A stretch of DNA of 32,000 bases, taken from positions 54,520 through 86,519 of the forward strand of contig NZ_NPIB01000002.1 in NCBI RefSeq assembly GCF_002849605.1. The letters are read 5' to 3'. Made by a program: the position numbers and the translations under genes. The notes below the pieces were generated by a model that saw only the letters and a list, made by a program, of their open reading frames with translations, was not told the DNA's origin and did no database searches. This document shows, piece by piece, positions 17,359 to 26,500 of the stretch; the first letter of the stretch is position 1, and each line of letters begins with the position of its first letter. Source of the stretch: Photobacterium carnosum (GTDB lineage: Bacteria; Pseudomonadota; Gammaproteobacteria; Enterobacterales; Vibrionaceae).

Positions 17359-17565
17359 CTAGAATAAATCATCAAGATCTTCAGGCTTTAATTTTTTCTT
17401 AGGGCTGATAACTTTTTTATGGATGACTGTTGTTAACTTACTAGAATTAGTATGCCCATTACTACGTTCCACTACATGATGTTTATTTGTTAATGGAGAT
17501 GCTATCAGTGTGGTTGAGGTCAAACTTACTGATAATATAATAGTTACAATTAGTATGTTCTTCAT
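17359..17565 (-). CDS. small secreted protein (68 aa)
   Basis: Clear signal peptide (MKNILIVTIILSVSLTSTTLIA/SP). The mature part is basic. It lies 12 nt upstream of the next gene. Confidence 0.55.
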   Translation of the reverse strand: MKNILIVTIILSVSLTSTTLIASPLTNKHHVVERSNGHTNSSKLTTVIHKKVISPKKKLKPEDLDDLF

Positions 17566-17567
17566 GG

Positions 17568-17753
17568 TTATCTCAAATTATATGAATTTTTTAGTCGATA
17601 AAACTCTTCCAATACACTCAATCCAGAGAGCTGAGAGCTTTTCCGTAAGTTTTTTATAAAAGTTATTGGATCGGTTTTAATTTGTAATGATAATGTAACA
17701 ATTAAATCTAATTCATATTGCGAGATCCCCTCTTCAATGATAAGTTGCTGCAT
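17568..17753 (-). CDS. small helical protein (61 aa)
   Basis: Intact ORF that ends 2 nt before the start of the 68-aa gene. It has no signal peptide. Confidence 0.45.
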   Translation of the reverse strand: MQQLIIEEGISQYELDLIVTLSLQIKTDPITFIKNLRKSSQLSGLSVLEEFYRLKNSYNLR

Positions 17754-17776
17754 TACTTGTGTTACCTATTGTTTAG

Positions 17777-18259
17777 TTACATATAAAAATTGAAACCGAA
17801 CCTTACTATGTGAGTCGCAATACAAACGGAACTAACCAATATCACCAAGCTAACAAGACCAATAACATATGGGTCTAAAGTAAAAAAAGAGGATTTTTCC
17901 GCTTTTGATACCCGCAGGCCGGGCACTAAGTTAATTGTCCATACTGCTACTTCGTCAACCTCAAACACATTTGATTGATGCTGTGCCAGCAATGGTTGAA
18001 TTTCATCTATAAATGAAAATTTAAAATCATTACTATTGACGCTTACTACTATTACATTGATAAAATTATCAATTCGACACAGGACGCAATTAAAAGTTCT
18101 AATTTCACCGTTTGGCATCTTTATATCTAAATTTGCATGACCAGTATTTTTTAACTCCATAACTTCGACGTCACTCATGAAGCAAATCATACTCCCAACA
18201 AAGTGCGTTCCATCATAGATAGGAAATGAGGCCGTTATATTACTTTTTATGTTAATCAC
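17777..18259 (-). CDS. C-terminally membrane-anchored protein (160 aa)
   Basis: Soluble N-terminal domain plus one C-terminal TM helix (VIGLVSLVILVSSVCIATHIV). Its start overlaps the upstream gene by 8 nt. Confidence 0.6.
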   Translation of the reverse strand: MINIKSNITASFPIYDGTHFVGSMICFMSDVEVMELKNTGHANLDIKMPNGEIRTFNCVLCRIDNFINVIVVSVNSNDFKFSFIDEIQPLLAQHQSNVFEVDEVAVWTINLVPGLRVSKAEKSSFFTLDPYVIGLVSLVILVSSVCIATHIVRFGFNFYM

Positions 18260-18503
18260 GATAGCGCCGAAAAAAAATAAACATTAAGTAAATCATAACC
18301 AGTATTCCTAAGGTAGAAGTCCCTACGGTTAATGCACCCAAGATCATATCTATAGCTTGATCAACCCTAACATCAAGGATTGAAGATGTAGGCATTATTG
18401 CTACGAGTAATAATTCAGCGCACCCATTTAGACATGCAATGCTTGTTATAACTATCGCAATTAAAATCCGTCCTCCCCATGCGCTGTCACCTTTTACTGT
18501 CAC
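18252..18503 (-). CDS. small polytopic membrane protein (83 aa)
   Basis: Two to three hydrophobic helices and a basic C-terminus (FFRRYRD). It lies 1 nt from the upstream ORF. Confidence 0.6.
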   Translation of the reverse strand: MTVKGDSAWGGRILIAIVITSIACLNGCAELLLVAIMPTSSILDVRVDQAIDMILGALTVGTSTLGILVMIYLMFIFFRRYRD

Positions 18504-18504
18504 T

Positions 18505-18732
18505 CTATATGCCTACAGTTGGTCTCATTAAGCTATAAATATAAGATAATATTGGCATGTCTTTAAATGGACTATCAATATAATGATATGATTTACAACA
18601 ACTTTCTTTAAGTATTAATACAAAAACATCATGATTACATGATGAGTAAGAGATAAATAACGCAGCAAAAAAAAATGCAATAGAAATACAACAAGAAATT
18701 TTCAGGGGTGCACTTATCGTATTGATATACAT
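18505..18732 (-). CDS. small Cys-rich membrane or signal-anchored protein (75 aa)
   Basis: Hydrophobic N-terminal segment (ISCCISIAFFFAALFISY) and six Cys. It is first in the operon. Support is moderate only. Confidence 0.4.
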   Translation of the reverse strand: MYINTISAPLKISCCISIAFFFAALFISYSSCNHDVFVLILKESCCKSYHYIDSPFKDMPILSYIYSLMRPTVGI

Positions 18733-18830
18733 TTTCTATCTACCCCAACCCTTTCCAACAGTACATTTTGAATTTGCAAGATGTATGATAAGTTGCGACA
18801 GGGTTTTAATCAATAAATAGAGGGTACAAA

Positions 18831-19178
18831 ATGACACCATGGTTGCGTTTATTAACAGCTATTACACAAAAAGTGAATATTCATGGAATTACAGTGGATG
18901 AGTTTCGTTTGGCAGCTACAATTTGGGAAATGAAACGTTCAGTACATCACACTGAAGCAATGTCCATTTTGTTTCAAAATAACCTTGAATCATCACCAGA
19001 AGATGATAATCGGGATGCCTTTATTGATAGCGTGAGTAACCTTATCGATAAAGGTTTTTTGGCTTGGGAAGGAGATGACCTACAACTGGCATTCACAGGT
19101 GAGATGTTTATTATCGAAATCTATCAAATAGCCCAATCGGAGCTAACAAAGCGACTTTTCGACCCTGAATTACAATAA
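18831..19178 (+). CDS. hypothetical protein (115 aa)
   Basis: Intact ATG ORF with AGAGGG about 8 nt upstream. It is divergent from the small-protein operon. Confidence 0.55.
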   Translation: MTPWLRLLTAITQKVNIHGITVDEFRLAATIWEMKRSVHHTEAMSILFQNNLESSPEDDNRDAFIDSVSNLIDKGFLAWEGDDLQLAFTGEMFIIEIYQIAQSELTKRLFDPELQ

Positions 19179-19202
19179 ACTAAAAAATCGTAGCCCAAAT
19201 AC

Positions 19203-19233
19203 GGTAGATGCTCATAGTGAACGGGCATCTACC
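19203..19233. terminator. hairpin between convergent genes
   Basis: ggtagatgc (19203-19211) pairs with gcatctacc (19225-19233). It lies between the 115-aa gene and the OmpA-like gene. Confidence 0.4.
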
Positions 19234-19245
19234 AAAAATTAAAAA

Positions 19246-19845
19246 TCAATAAACAAGTAATGCTCTACGGTTTCTAGTTCTGGCTTCGTTAGTATGCGCA
19301 GAATCGGCTGGATGCGTTTCACCATAGCTCTCACAGGTTAATTGCACCTTTCTAACGCCTAGCTTTACTAACTTTTTACACACGTTATCAGCTCGACGCT
19401 GCCCCAAATCATAATTGTAATCAACGCTCCCTTTTTCGTCAGTAAAACCCACTACCAATAGACGACTTGCTAAATTTTGCTTTAAATAAGTCGCATTTTT
19501 TTTAAGCATGTCATTAAATGACGTTCTTACCTTATCTCGACTAAACTGGAAATATACAGTCTTATTGATTGGCTGGTGGGCAAGAATAGGTTCGATATCA
19601 TCGTCAACAGCATCCACAATAGCCATAGCTACCTGAGTTTCCCTTGTTATAGAGTGGGATTTCTCATTTACATCCTCTTTCCATGAGTTACGTAGTTGTT
19701 CTGCCTTATTTGAAGTAAGAACGTTTACAGATTCATGTTTGATGCTTACATAAGGAGTGACCATCAAATTTGATTGTTGAGAACTACACCCAGTAATAAC
19801 TGATACTAGAACTGCTCCAAGTAATAGTTTATTTTTCATGTACAA
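19246..19845 (-). CDS. OmpA/Pal-family peptidoglycan-associated lipoprotein
   Basis: Lipobox VITGC/SSQ after a signal peptide. The C-terminal OmpA_C signature is present: GFTDEKGSVDYNYDLGQRRADNV...NRRALLVY. Confidence 0.9.
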   Translation of the reverse strand: MYMKNKLLLGAVLVSVITGCSSQQSNLMVTPYVSIKHESVNVLTSNKAEQLRNSWKEDVNEKSHSITRETQVAMAIVDAVDDDIEPILAHQPINKTVYFQFSRDKVRTSFNDMLKKNATYLKQNLASRLLVVGFTDEKGSVDYNYDLGQRRADNVCKKLVKLGVRKVQLTCESYGETHPADSAHTNEARTRNRRALLVY

Positions 19846-20180
19846 TTAACCTTAAATCAATTAGTTATAATTAAGAATTATTTAAAATGCATCTTAATAG
19901 GGATTATATGGCACGATATTTTTTGAAAAACATACAGCATTGTATGTTTGCATGTTTTTTTTATAGTCCATATAATGCGCGAAAATTCAAATACTCTCAC
20001 TGTTTAATTAAAATTGTTAATGACAATAATTGTAACATTTTTTAGATAGACGAATTAATGCGCGAAATTTTAATATTGCAAGAAATGAGAAATGTGTTTC
20101 CTATAATGCGGTATAGATCCATTGGTGTAGAGATTTATTGCGTATATAATCCATCTAATAAGAAATGGAATGCATACATT

Positions 20181-21101
20181 ATGTCTAAGCAATCTAAAAT
20201 TGAGCAAAACTTAAAACATCTAAAATACCAACTAGACAGAGAGATAAATAATTTAACCTCCCTACTAAGAACATTGGATGTTATAGACAGTAAGGTTTAT
20301 CTACTTCCAGAAATAAAAGATGCCGATACTCATAAAGATATTAAAAAGATTAGCGTGTCATTAGTGTCTGATTATAAAGCTTTTAATTTGGCTCTACAGT
20401 CTTTTTCAACTTTTGAAAAAGGTCTCGGGGATTCAGGTAAAAGAGCTTTTAGGTTACCGGGGTATTTGGTTGTAAATGGAAGTGCTATTCAAAAAGAAAA
20501 CCTATACGAAAACATAACTAGGATAAACAAGTTAAAAGATGATTTTAAAAAACAGGTTCAGGGCTATAGTAAAAATTCTAATAAGAAATACAATCTAGTT
20601 CATAGTCTGTTTAATAATCTGATGACTGTGCAAGTATACAGGCATATTCCATTGGTTACGGAAAATGTCGAATATATAAATTTTAGTTGGACAAATAAGC
20701 ACATTACATATAAAACATCTATACAAGAAATTTTAAACTTGTTAGATAGACACAGAAAAAAAACACCAAAGAGAAGTAATTCTGAAGATTGGAATCGAAT
20801 TATTGACAACGAAATTTCTATTATTAATGAATTACCAAAGGATACGACGTTAAGATTTAAACGAGTAAGTAAGCCTATTACTAGAGTTGATGTAGTCCCA
20901 TATAAGAAAAACAAACAAATTATATCAAATATACCATTAATTCTTTTTCAAACAGAAAAGCCCGTTGTTAGTAATCTTCAAGACTATCTAAGTGCACAAA
21001 GGCGAAGTTTCCGCGAAGATACTACAATCTATGGGATACCTGTCATTAAAAGATTGCATTTATATAAGAAACATATCAAACGAGTAACTAACTTAAAGTA
21101 A
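20181..21101 (+). CDS. tus: Tus-like DNA replication terminus site-binding protein
   Basis: Blocks are collinear with E. coli Tus as I recall it: VYLLPEIKDADTH vs VFSLPEVKKEDEH; AFRLPGYLV vs AVRLPGVLC; NITRINKLKDDF vs HIQHINKLKTTF; INFSWTNKHI vs LRFGWANKHI; RFKRVSKPITRV vs KIKRPVKVQPIARV; VIKRLHLYKK vs IIPRLHLYVAD. Starting at ATG 20181 gives 306 aa and aligns the N-termini. The tracked start at 20058 adds 41 unmatched residues. Confidence 0.8.
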   Translation: MSKQSKIEQNLKHLKYQLDREINNLTSLLRTLDVIDSKVYLLPEIKDADTHKDIKKISVSLVSDYKAFNLALQSFSTFEKGLGDSGKRAFRLPGYLVVNGSAIQKENLYENITRINKLKDDFKKQVQGYSKNSNKKYNLVHSLFNNLMTVQVYRHIPLVTENVEYINFSWTNKHITYKTSIQEILNLLDRHRKKTPKRSNSEDWNRIIDNEISIINELPKDTTLRFKRVSKPITRVDVVPYKKNKQIISNIPLILFQTEKPVVSNLQDYLSAQRRSFREDTTIYGIPVIKRLHLYKKHIKRVTNLK

Positions 21102-21130
21102 ATACTCTAATCTAACTTGGAAAATAAAAA

Positions 21131-21757
21131 ATGACAATTTCATCAATCAAAAGCGATATCAAAGAAGCAGTAGAAATTAAAACTACTAACAATATGGTCC
21201 CAAAAGCTGAAGCTATGCAATATGCATCAGATAATAATATTAAAAGTATGAGAGCTTGGTTCGCCTTTCATAACCTCCGTAACGGTGGTAGCTTTCGTCC
21301 ACAAAATATCCCTGGAGATCCATCTAAATTCTACGGTAAGACTGGTGAATGGCAAGGTTGGCCAGAGTTTTTAGGTACTGAACAAAAACCAACAAAAACT
21401 CTCACGGCTGAATTTGTTGACTTAGAATCATGTAAAGAGTGGTTTTTAGCTAACAAGATTTCTAGTGTCTTAATGTTTAGGACGTTCTGTAAAGTTAAAC
21501 AACGTCCATCATCTATTCCTGCAGCTCCAGACAAGGTTTATGGTGTTAAATTTTCAGAATTATTAGCCCCAAAGAAAGAACGATACCTATCTTTTGAAAA
21601 ATCCAAAGAAAAAATAGCACCAATGGGTTTTAAAAATTACTTAGAGTTTCGTCAAGGACGTCGAGATAATATGGATATATTGCATGATGTACCATGTAAT
21701 CCAGATAATATCTATTCAGACTCATGGGTTAATTGGGCTGATTTCTTGGGTAAGTAA
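21131..21757 (+). CDS. 'integrase-repeat' protein with three tandem repeat units
   Basis: Three helix + P-x-x-P-x-x-x-Y...W-x-[GN]-W-x-[DE]-F-L-G units: IPGDPSKFYGKTGEWQGWPEFLG, IPAAPDKVYGVKFSELL (degenerate) and VPCNPDNIYSDSWVNWADFLGK. It starts 29 nt after tus. Confidence 0.75.
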   Translation: MTISSIKSDIKEAVEIKTTNNMVPKAEAMQYASDNNIKSMRAWFAFHNLRNGGSFRPQNIPGDPSKFYGKTGEWQGWPEFLGTEQKPTKTLTAEFVDLESCKEWFLANKISSVLMFRTFCKVKQRPSSIPAAPDKVYGVKFSELLAPKKERYLSFEKSKEKIAPMGFKNYLEFRQGRRDNMDILHDVPCNPDNIYSDSWVNWADFLGK

Positions 21758-22107
21758 TCAATTATATATAAGAAAAGTAAGTGTATATATTAAAAAAAAT
21801 TTAATGAATAAATAAAAGATGTTGCATAATTAATAGTTATGCTTAATGTTGATTATAGGTAATGTCAGGCTAAATCAATTCCCTTTTTGAGGGGTATGAG
21901 ATGCATTATTCAATAGGGAGTATTAAACATTACTTCTCTGTTGAATAATGTCTACTTTTTAATTCGATATATTTAATTCATGTATATGTACTATAAATGA
22001 ATTAAATATATCAATATTCCCTTTTTCATATTAAAAGTTATTCATTCATAATAATGCATATGAATATATAGCTCTATCTTAGATTTATCCCATTGCAAAA
22101 TGACTAT

Positions 22108-23394
22108 TTAAAAAGTGATAACCCTTTGTTTTGCTTTTATTGGTATATTTTTCTTGGGGTTAAACCCCTTTGGCTTTTCCGCTCTAATGCTGTAAGAACC
22201 ATTAGGGTAGTAGAGGTTATAATAAAGAATATCCCAGTTATGATTCTCAGGGCTATGAACACTCTGTGGATGCATTTTTTCATTATACCCTTTTATATCA
22301 CCCGCTAGCGCATACGTTACAAATGGTTTCTTTTGAGCTCCATAATACAACTCTTGCACCAATACTATGCCTCTGAGTGGTGTAATACGCGGATCGTCTT
22401 CGTTTGTGAACTTAAGATTAATACCACCGATAAGCGTCCCCGCCTCGTAACCATTAGCATAATACTCCGTTGGACTTAACTCACTAGGTAAGTTGGTAAG
22501 AACACAATTATCAGCAGGCTTGTAAATGAGGCTATCTAATGCAGATGCGTATACTCCCATGGATTTATCCATCAGATTATAACTCGTATCATTTAAACCA
22601 TTACCCTTTGAGGTTATTTTTAAAACAATTGCCGTATCTGTCATACGATTAATACCAATTGATCGGATTTTATATCCAGATTTGGCAGCTTCCATTGCTA
22701 GCATGTTCAATTTTTTGAATTCTTTCTTCTGCTCATTAGTTAAAGGTTCTTGCATCCCTGAATACAGCAGTTTAGCTCTTGTGTAATCGTCATACTCTTC
22801 TCGGATCTGCCATAGAGGTTTATGGCTCACTAATTGTTTCGTTTCATTATAATTATCGTTAATCATGAATGTTTGAGTTTGGTCATCACCACCAGCATCA
22901 ATAAGTGCTGCTAACTTCATATAAGCAGTTGCTTTCTTTGTTTCAGAAAGATCACCTTTCATATTCTTAATTTCATGATCCGCCAACCGCTGAACTTGCT
23001 CTTTTAAAGCTGCATTTAGCGTTACTTGTTCTACGTATTTTTTAATTTCAGATAAATCATAAACTGCAGTTACATCGACTAAAGCACAACCATACGTACT
23101 TTCTGGGCAACTTTTAATGCGTTTATTTGTGACCTCTTTATGAATAACAAATGGTGTGGCAGATATGAGTAACTGTTTTTCATTCTCAGTGATATTGGAT
23201 GTAAAGATCCCTGCATTCTCTTTGATGCTGTCTCCCAATGTGTTTATCGCAACTTTTGTAGCTAACTCATAGCCATTTACTGGGGAATCATTTTCAGTTA
23301 GTGGATAACTTCCCGTTAAGGATGCAGACAAAGCAAATGCATTTGTACTACCAAGCATAAGGGCAACTAAAACCGTCTTTTTGAAATTTATCAT
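22108..23394 (-). CDS. secreted protein (428 aa) downstream of traG
   Basis: Signal peptide MINFKKTVLVALMLGSTNAFA/LSA. A terminator at 23505-23526 separates it from traG. No family recognised. Confidence 0.75.
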   Translation of the reverse strand: MINFKKTVLVALMLGSTNAFALSASLTGSYPLTENDSPVNGYELATKVAINTLGDSIKENAGIFTSNITENEKQLLISATPFVIHKEVTNKRIKSCPESTYGCALVDVTAVYDLSEIKKYVEQVTLNAALKEQVQRLADHEIKNMKGDLSETKKATAYMKLAALIDAGGDDQTQTFMINDNYNETKQLVSHKPLWQIREEYDDYTRAKLLYSGMQEPLTNEQKKEFKKLNMLAMEAAKSGYKIRSIGINRMTDTAIVLKITSKGNGLNDTSYNLMDKSMGVYASALDSLIYKPADNCVLTNLPSELSPTEYYANGYEAGTLIGGINLKFTNEDDPRITPLRGIVLVQELYYGAQKKPFVTYALAGDIKGYNEKMHPQSVHSPENHNWDILYYNLYYPNGSYSIRAEKPKGFNPKKNIPIKAKQRVITF

Positions 23395-23504
23395 ATGTCA
23401 TCTCGTTTTAATTATTTACGATACCCATTAATGATATCGGTATTATTGATATGCGCTAGTGGCATTTTATCGTAAGTAACAAACATCAATAATATTTAAT
23501 TAAT

Positions 23505-23526
23505 AAAAAACCAGTCCGAAGACTGG
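23505..23526 (-). terminator. rho-independent terminator after traG
   Basis: On the minus strand, ccagtc-ttcg-gactgg is followed by TTTTTT. It lies 30 nt past the traG stop. Confidence 0.7.
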
Positions 23527-23555
23527 CTTTTAGTTACGAAAGAACAATTACTGCT

Positions 23556-26500
23556 TTAGAAATGACCTTTTGTATCCTGATTAATTGTTGATACAGCATC
23601 AGGTCTTCCATCTTTTTGAATCAACGTGTGCATATGGCCGCTCTCACTTTTTAATGCGATAGCCGCGCTTGACTCTCCTTGATGTCTACCTTCGATTGAA
23701 AACGTATCGTCACCAATTTGAACTTTATTACCATCACTTTTCATAATCGCGTCAAACGAGCCTGTTGGTACGCTCAAATTTCCATTGTTGTCAGTAAATG
23801 ACGCAACCTTCATAGGTGTGTCTTTGGTTGCTTCTCGCTCAACTCCACCAGCTCTATAATTGTCAACTTGTGACTCTGGACGACCTATTGCATTATCAAG
23901 AGGCATACTCTTCCATGCAGTATTTTGATCCCGAGCCACTGTCTCATCGCCTAAAGTGGTGCTTGTTGGCTTGACTAATTCACTTTCCGCACCAACCAAT
24001 TCAGCCATACCCTTTTGGGCATTATTTTTTTGTTCAGAGCTTGCCATTGGGTTGTCAATTACCGACTGTAATGCCTCTTTATATTTCCCTATATTTTCAA
24101 CGTTATGTTGTTCGCCTTTCCCTGTGGTATTAAACATCCTTTCGGCACTACTCGAAACGCTGTCTATTATATTGTCCAAAGCGTTACTGTCTTCTTTTGA
24201 CCTGTTCTCAGCGCCGTACGTGTTGGTGGAAAAGCCAAAGCTCCCCCCTTTATTAACAACATCACTGAACCGCTCACGAGTGGTTACATCTAATCCTGAA
24301 TCTGCTGCCGCTGTATTCGTAACAGCAATTTGTTGCAATTTAGCATCATCCTTAGGACGGTAATCTTTGAACCCATTTGAATACGATGGTGCTTGGCCTT
24401 TAAATCCAGGTGTAGTTGATGAAGATCTACTACTTACCCCATTTTCTTTACGTTCGCTTGCCGCAGAGTTAATTTCTTCCGCGTTTGGTTGTCCCTTGTT
24501 GGCATTTATTACATTGCTTGCTGAATCAGCAACATTGTTGAGAGCGGCACCAGTTTTTACCTCGCTAGAATTGCCGCTATCTGTATACGCGGTTGGGTTT
24601 TCACTAATAACCTTAGCCATCGCTACATATCGAGCAGCTTCGGCTTTATCTTCTTTAGTCGCATTAGCCCCATACCCTCTAGCAATTTTATCGTTAACCT
24701 CGGTTTGACGGTTTGGGTCTTTCATCGCAGCTAATGCTTCAGGATCGTTTAGCTGTGATAATATTTTCTGATCACCTTGGGATTGTTTTGGGTCATCAGC
24801 AACAAAATTACCAGCCTTCATCCCCATATCCCCCATAAAGTCATAAACTTTACCTATATCTTTTTGTGCTTTTCTCATTTTAACGTCATTGTCACCCATC
24901 CCATCATTTACGGTCTTTACAACCGCATCGCCATTTCCACTCAGTTTATTAGCAGCTTTTCCTTGAGCCGTATCATTTGCCTGATGCTGGTGGTCTTGAT
25001 CAACGGCTTTATCGTTGGCGATGGCTTGGCTTCTAATGCCACCAGTATTATTAGCCGTAATATTAACACCGGTACCCATATCTTTTGGTTTAGCAAAATC
25101 AGTAGGTGATGATGATGGTGTACCAATCGCTTGTTTTTTCTCATTAAGCGATTCATTAGTAATACCGCTACGCGAACCAACGTCCCCCATCAATCCCTGA
25201 GCCGCTCCGTTACCCATGTCTCTGAATTGATTTGCAGCTTCATCAAGATTCTTCAGACCACCGCCAGTTGCAGCGTTTAGTTCTGATAGCATATTTCCTT
25301 TGGCATAGTTTGCGAATACAGCCCCTAATGATCCATTGAGCATATTTCTATCTAGACCATCAAATACACGTTGAGCATAACGAACTTCAGCATTCTTACG
25401 CTCATTCATGTTTTTACTATTTACACCACTAATACCCGATTGAGATAAATCAGTTGCAGCCTGTTGAGCTGTTTTCAACGATTGAACTGTCTCAGGTGAT
25501 GCTCCTGAGTTTGTAAGAGCCGTTTGAAGAGCCTTCGTTTTATTGTCATCAGATAAGCCAGTGATCGCTTGCGTATTCACGTCGTATTGACCACCAGCGG
25601 CACTAACCGCTTGAGCCAATTCTTTATCATGCCCAGTCTGATGAAGCGTTGCTGCAGCAGCATTATTAAGTGCATTACTTTCCATAGTGCCATTTGCAAC
25701 TTTAGAACCAAAATCAGACCGATCATTTAATGCACTAGCAAAGTTAAAGGCTAACGAGCTACCAATTCCTTTCGCAACATTATTCATTGATTGTGTTGTC
25801 TGAACCAAGCTTTGAGCTTCAGAATACGCATTGGATGCCATTTTGGTGTTGCTTTCTGAAGAACCCCAAGCCTTAGTTTTTCCTATCTGCTGGTTATGGC
25901 TTATTTTTGAAAGATCGGAGCTCATACTATTCATAATCTTATCGTGGCTTGCTTGCCAATTACTTGATGTAGATTGACGAGCTGCTGCTACTTTGCTTAA
26001 TCCTGAGTCAAGAGCTGCACGTATCCCACCCGTAAGTTTCAAGCCTACAGCACCACCGAAAGCACCACTAAGTTTACCCCCCCCTTTGGCTTTTAAGCCT
26101 GTATCTTTGATTGGCTTGCCGTCTTTATCCAATTCTGGTTGTTGAGAATTACTAAAGTCAAATCCACCACCAAGAGCTGCCGCCACTTCACTTTTAGCCT
26201 CTGCACCAAAGTCACCATGAAGCGCCATGGCCATTAAGGATGATTGTTGACGTGTTAAACCGAATTCATTTGAAATAGCTTTACCAACCGTAGCGCGAGA
26301 TGCGGTACTTGCAGCCATTGATGATGTTATGTCTCGTCCTTTTGCCTCGGTATCCATAGCAGATAAAACGTCACTATGCATTTTTTGATTGGCAGTGGAC
26401 ATTTGACGAGTTGCTGTAGATAGCCTTTGAGTCGCACCCGCAACGGCATCTGAACTGGCATTTGTAGCTGCATTACTCATGTTATAGGATTTGACACCTA

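Noticed and set aside
20022-20045. Ter-like site (aataaTTGTAACatttt) about 150 nt upstream of the revised tus start (20181), by analogy with TerB upstream of E. coli tus
   Set aside because: Only the TTGTAAC 7-mer matches. The flanking positions, including the GC6 position, do not. Similar 7-mers at 1846, 26877 and 22316 (minus strand) also have non-matching flanks, and this frequency is expected by chance in AT-rich DNA.
22093-22308. 71-aa plus-strand ORF
   Set aside because: It overlaps the 3' end of the well-supported 428-aa minus-strand gene and extends from AT-rich intergenic DNA. It has no RBS.
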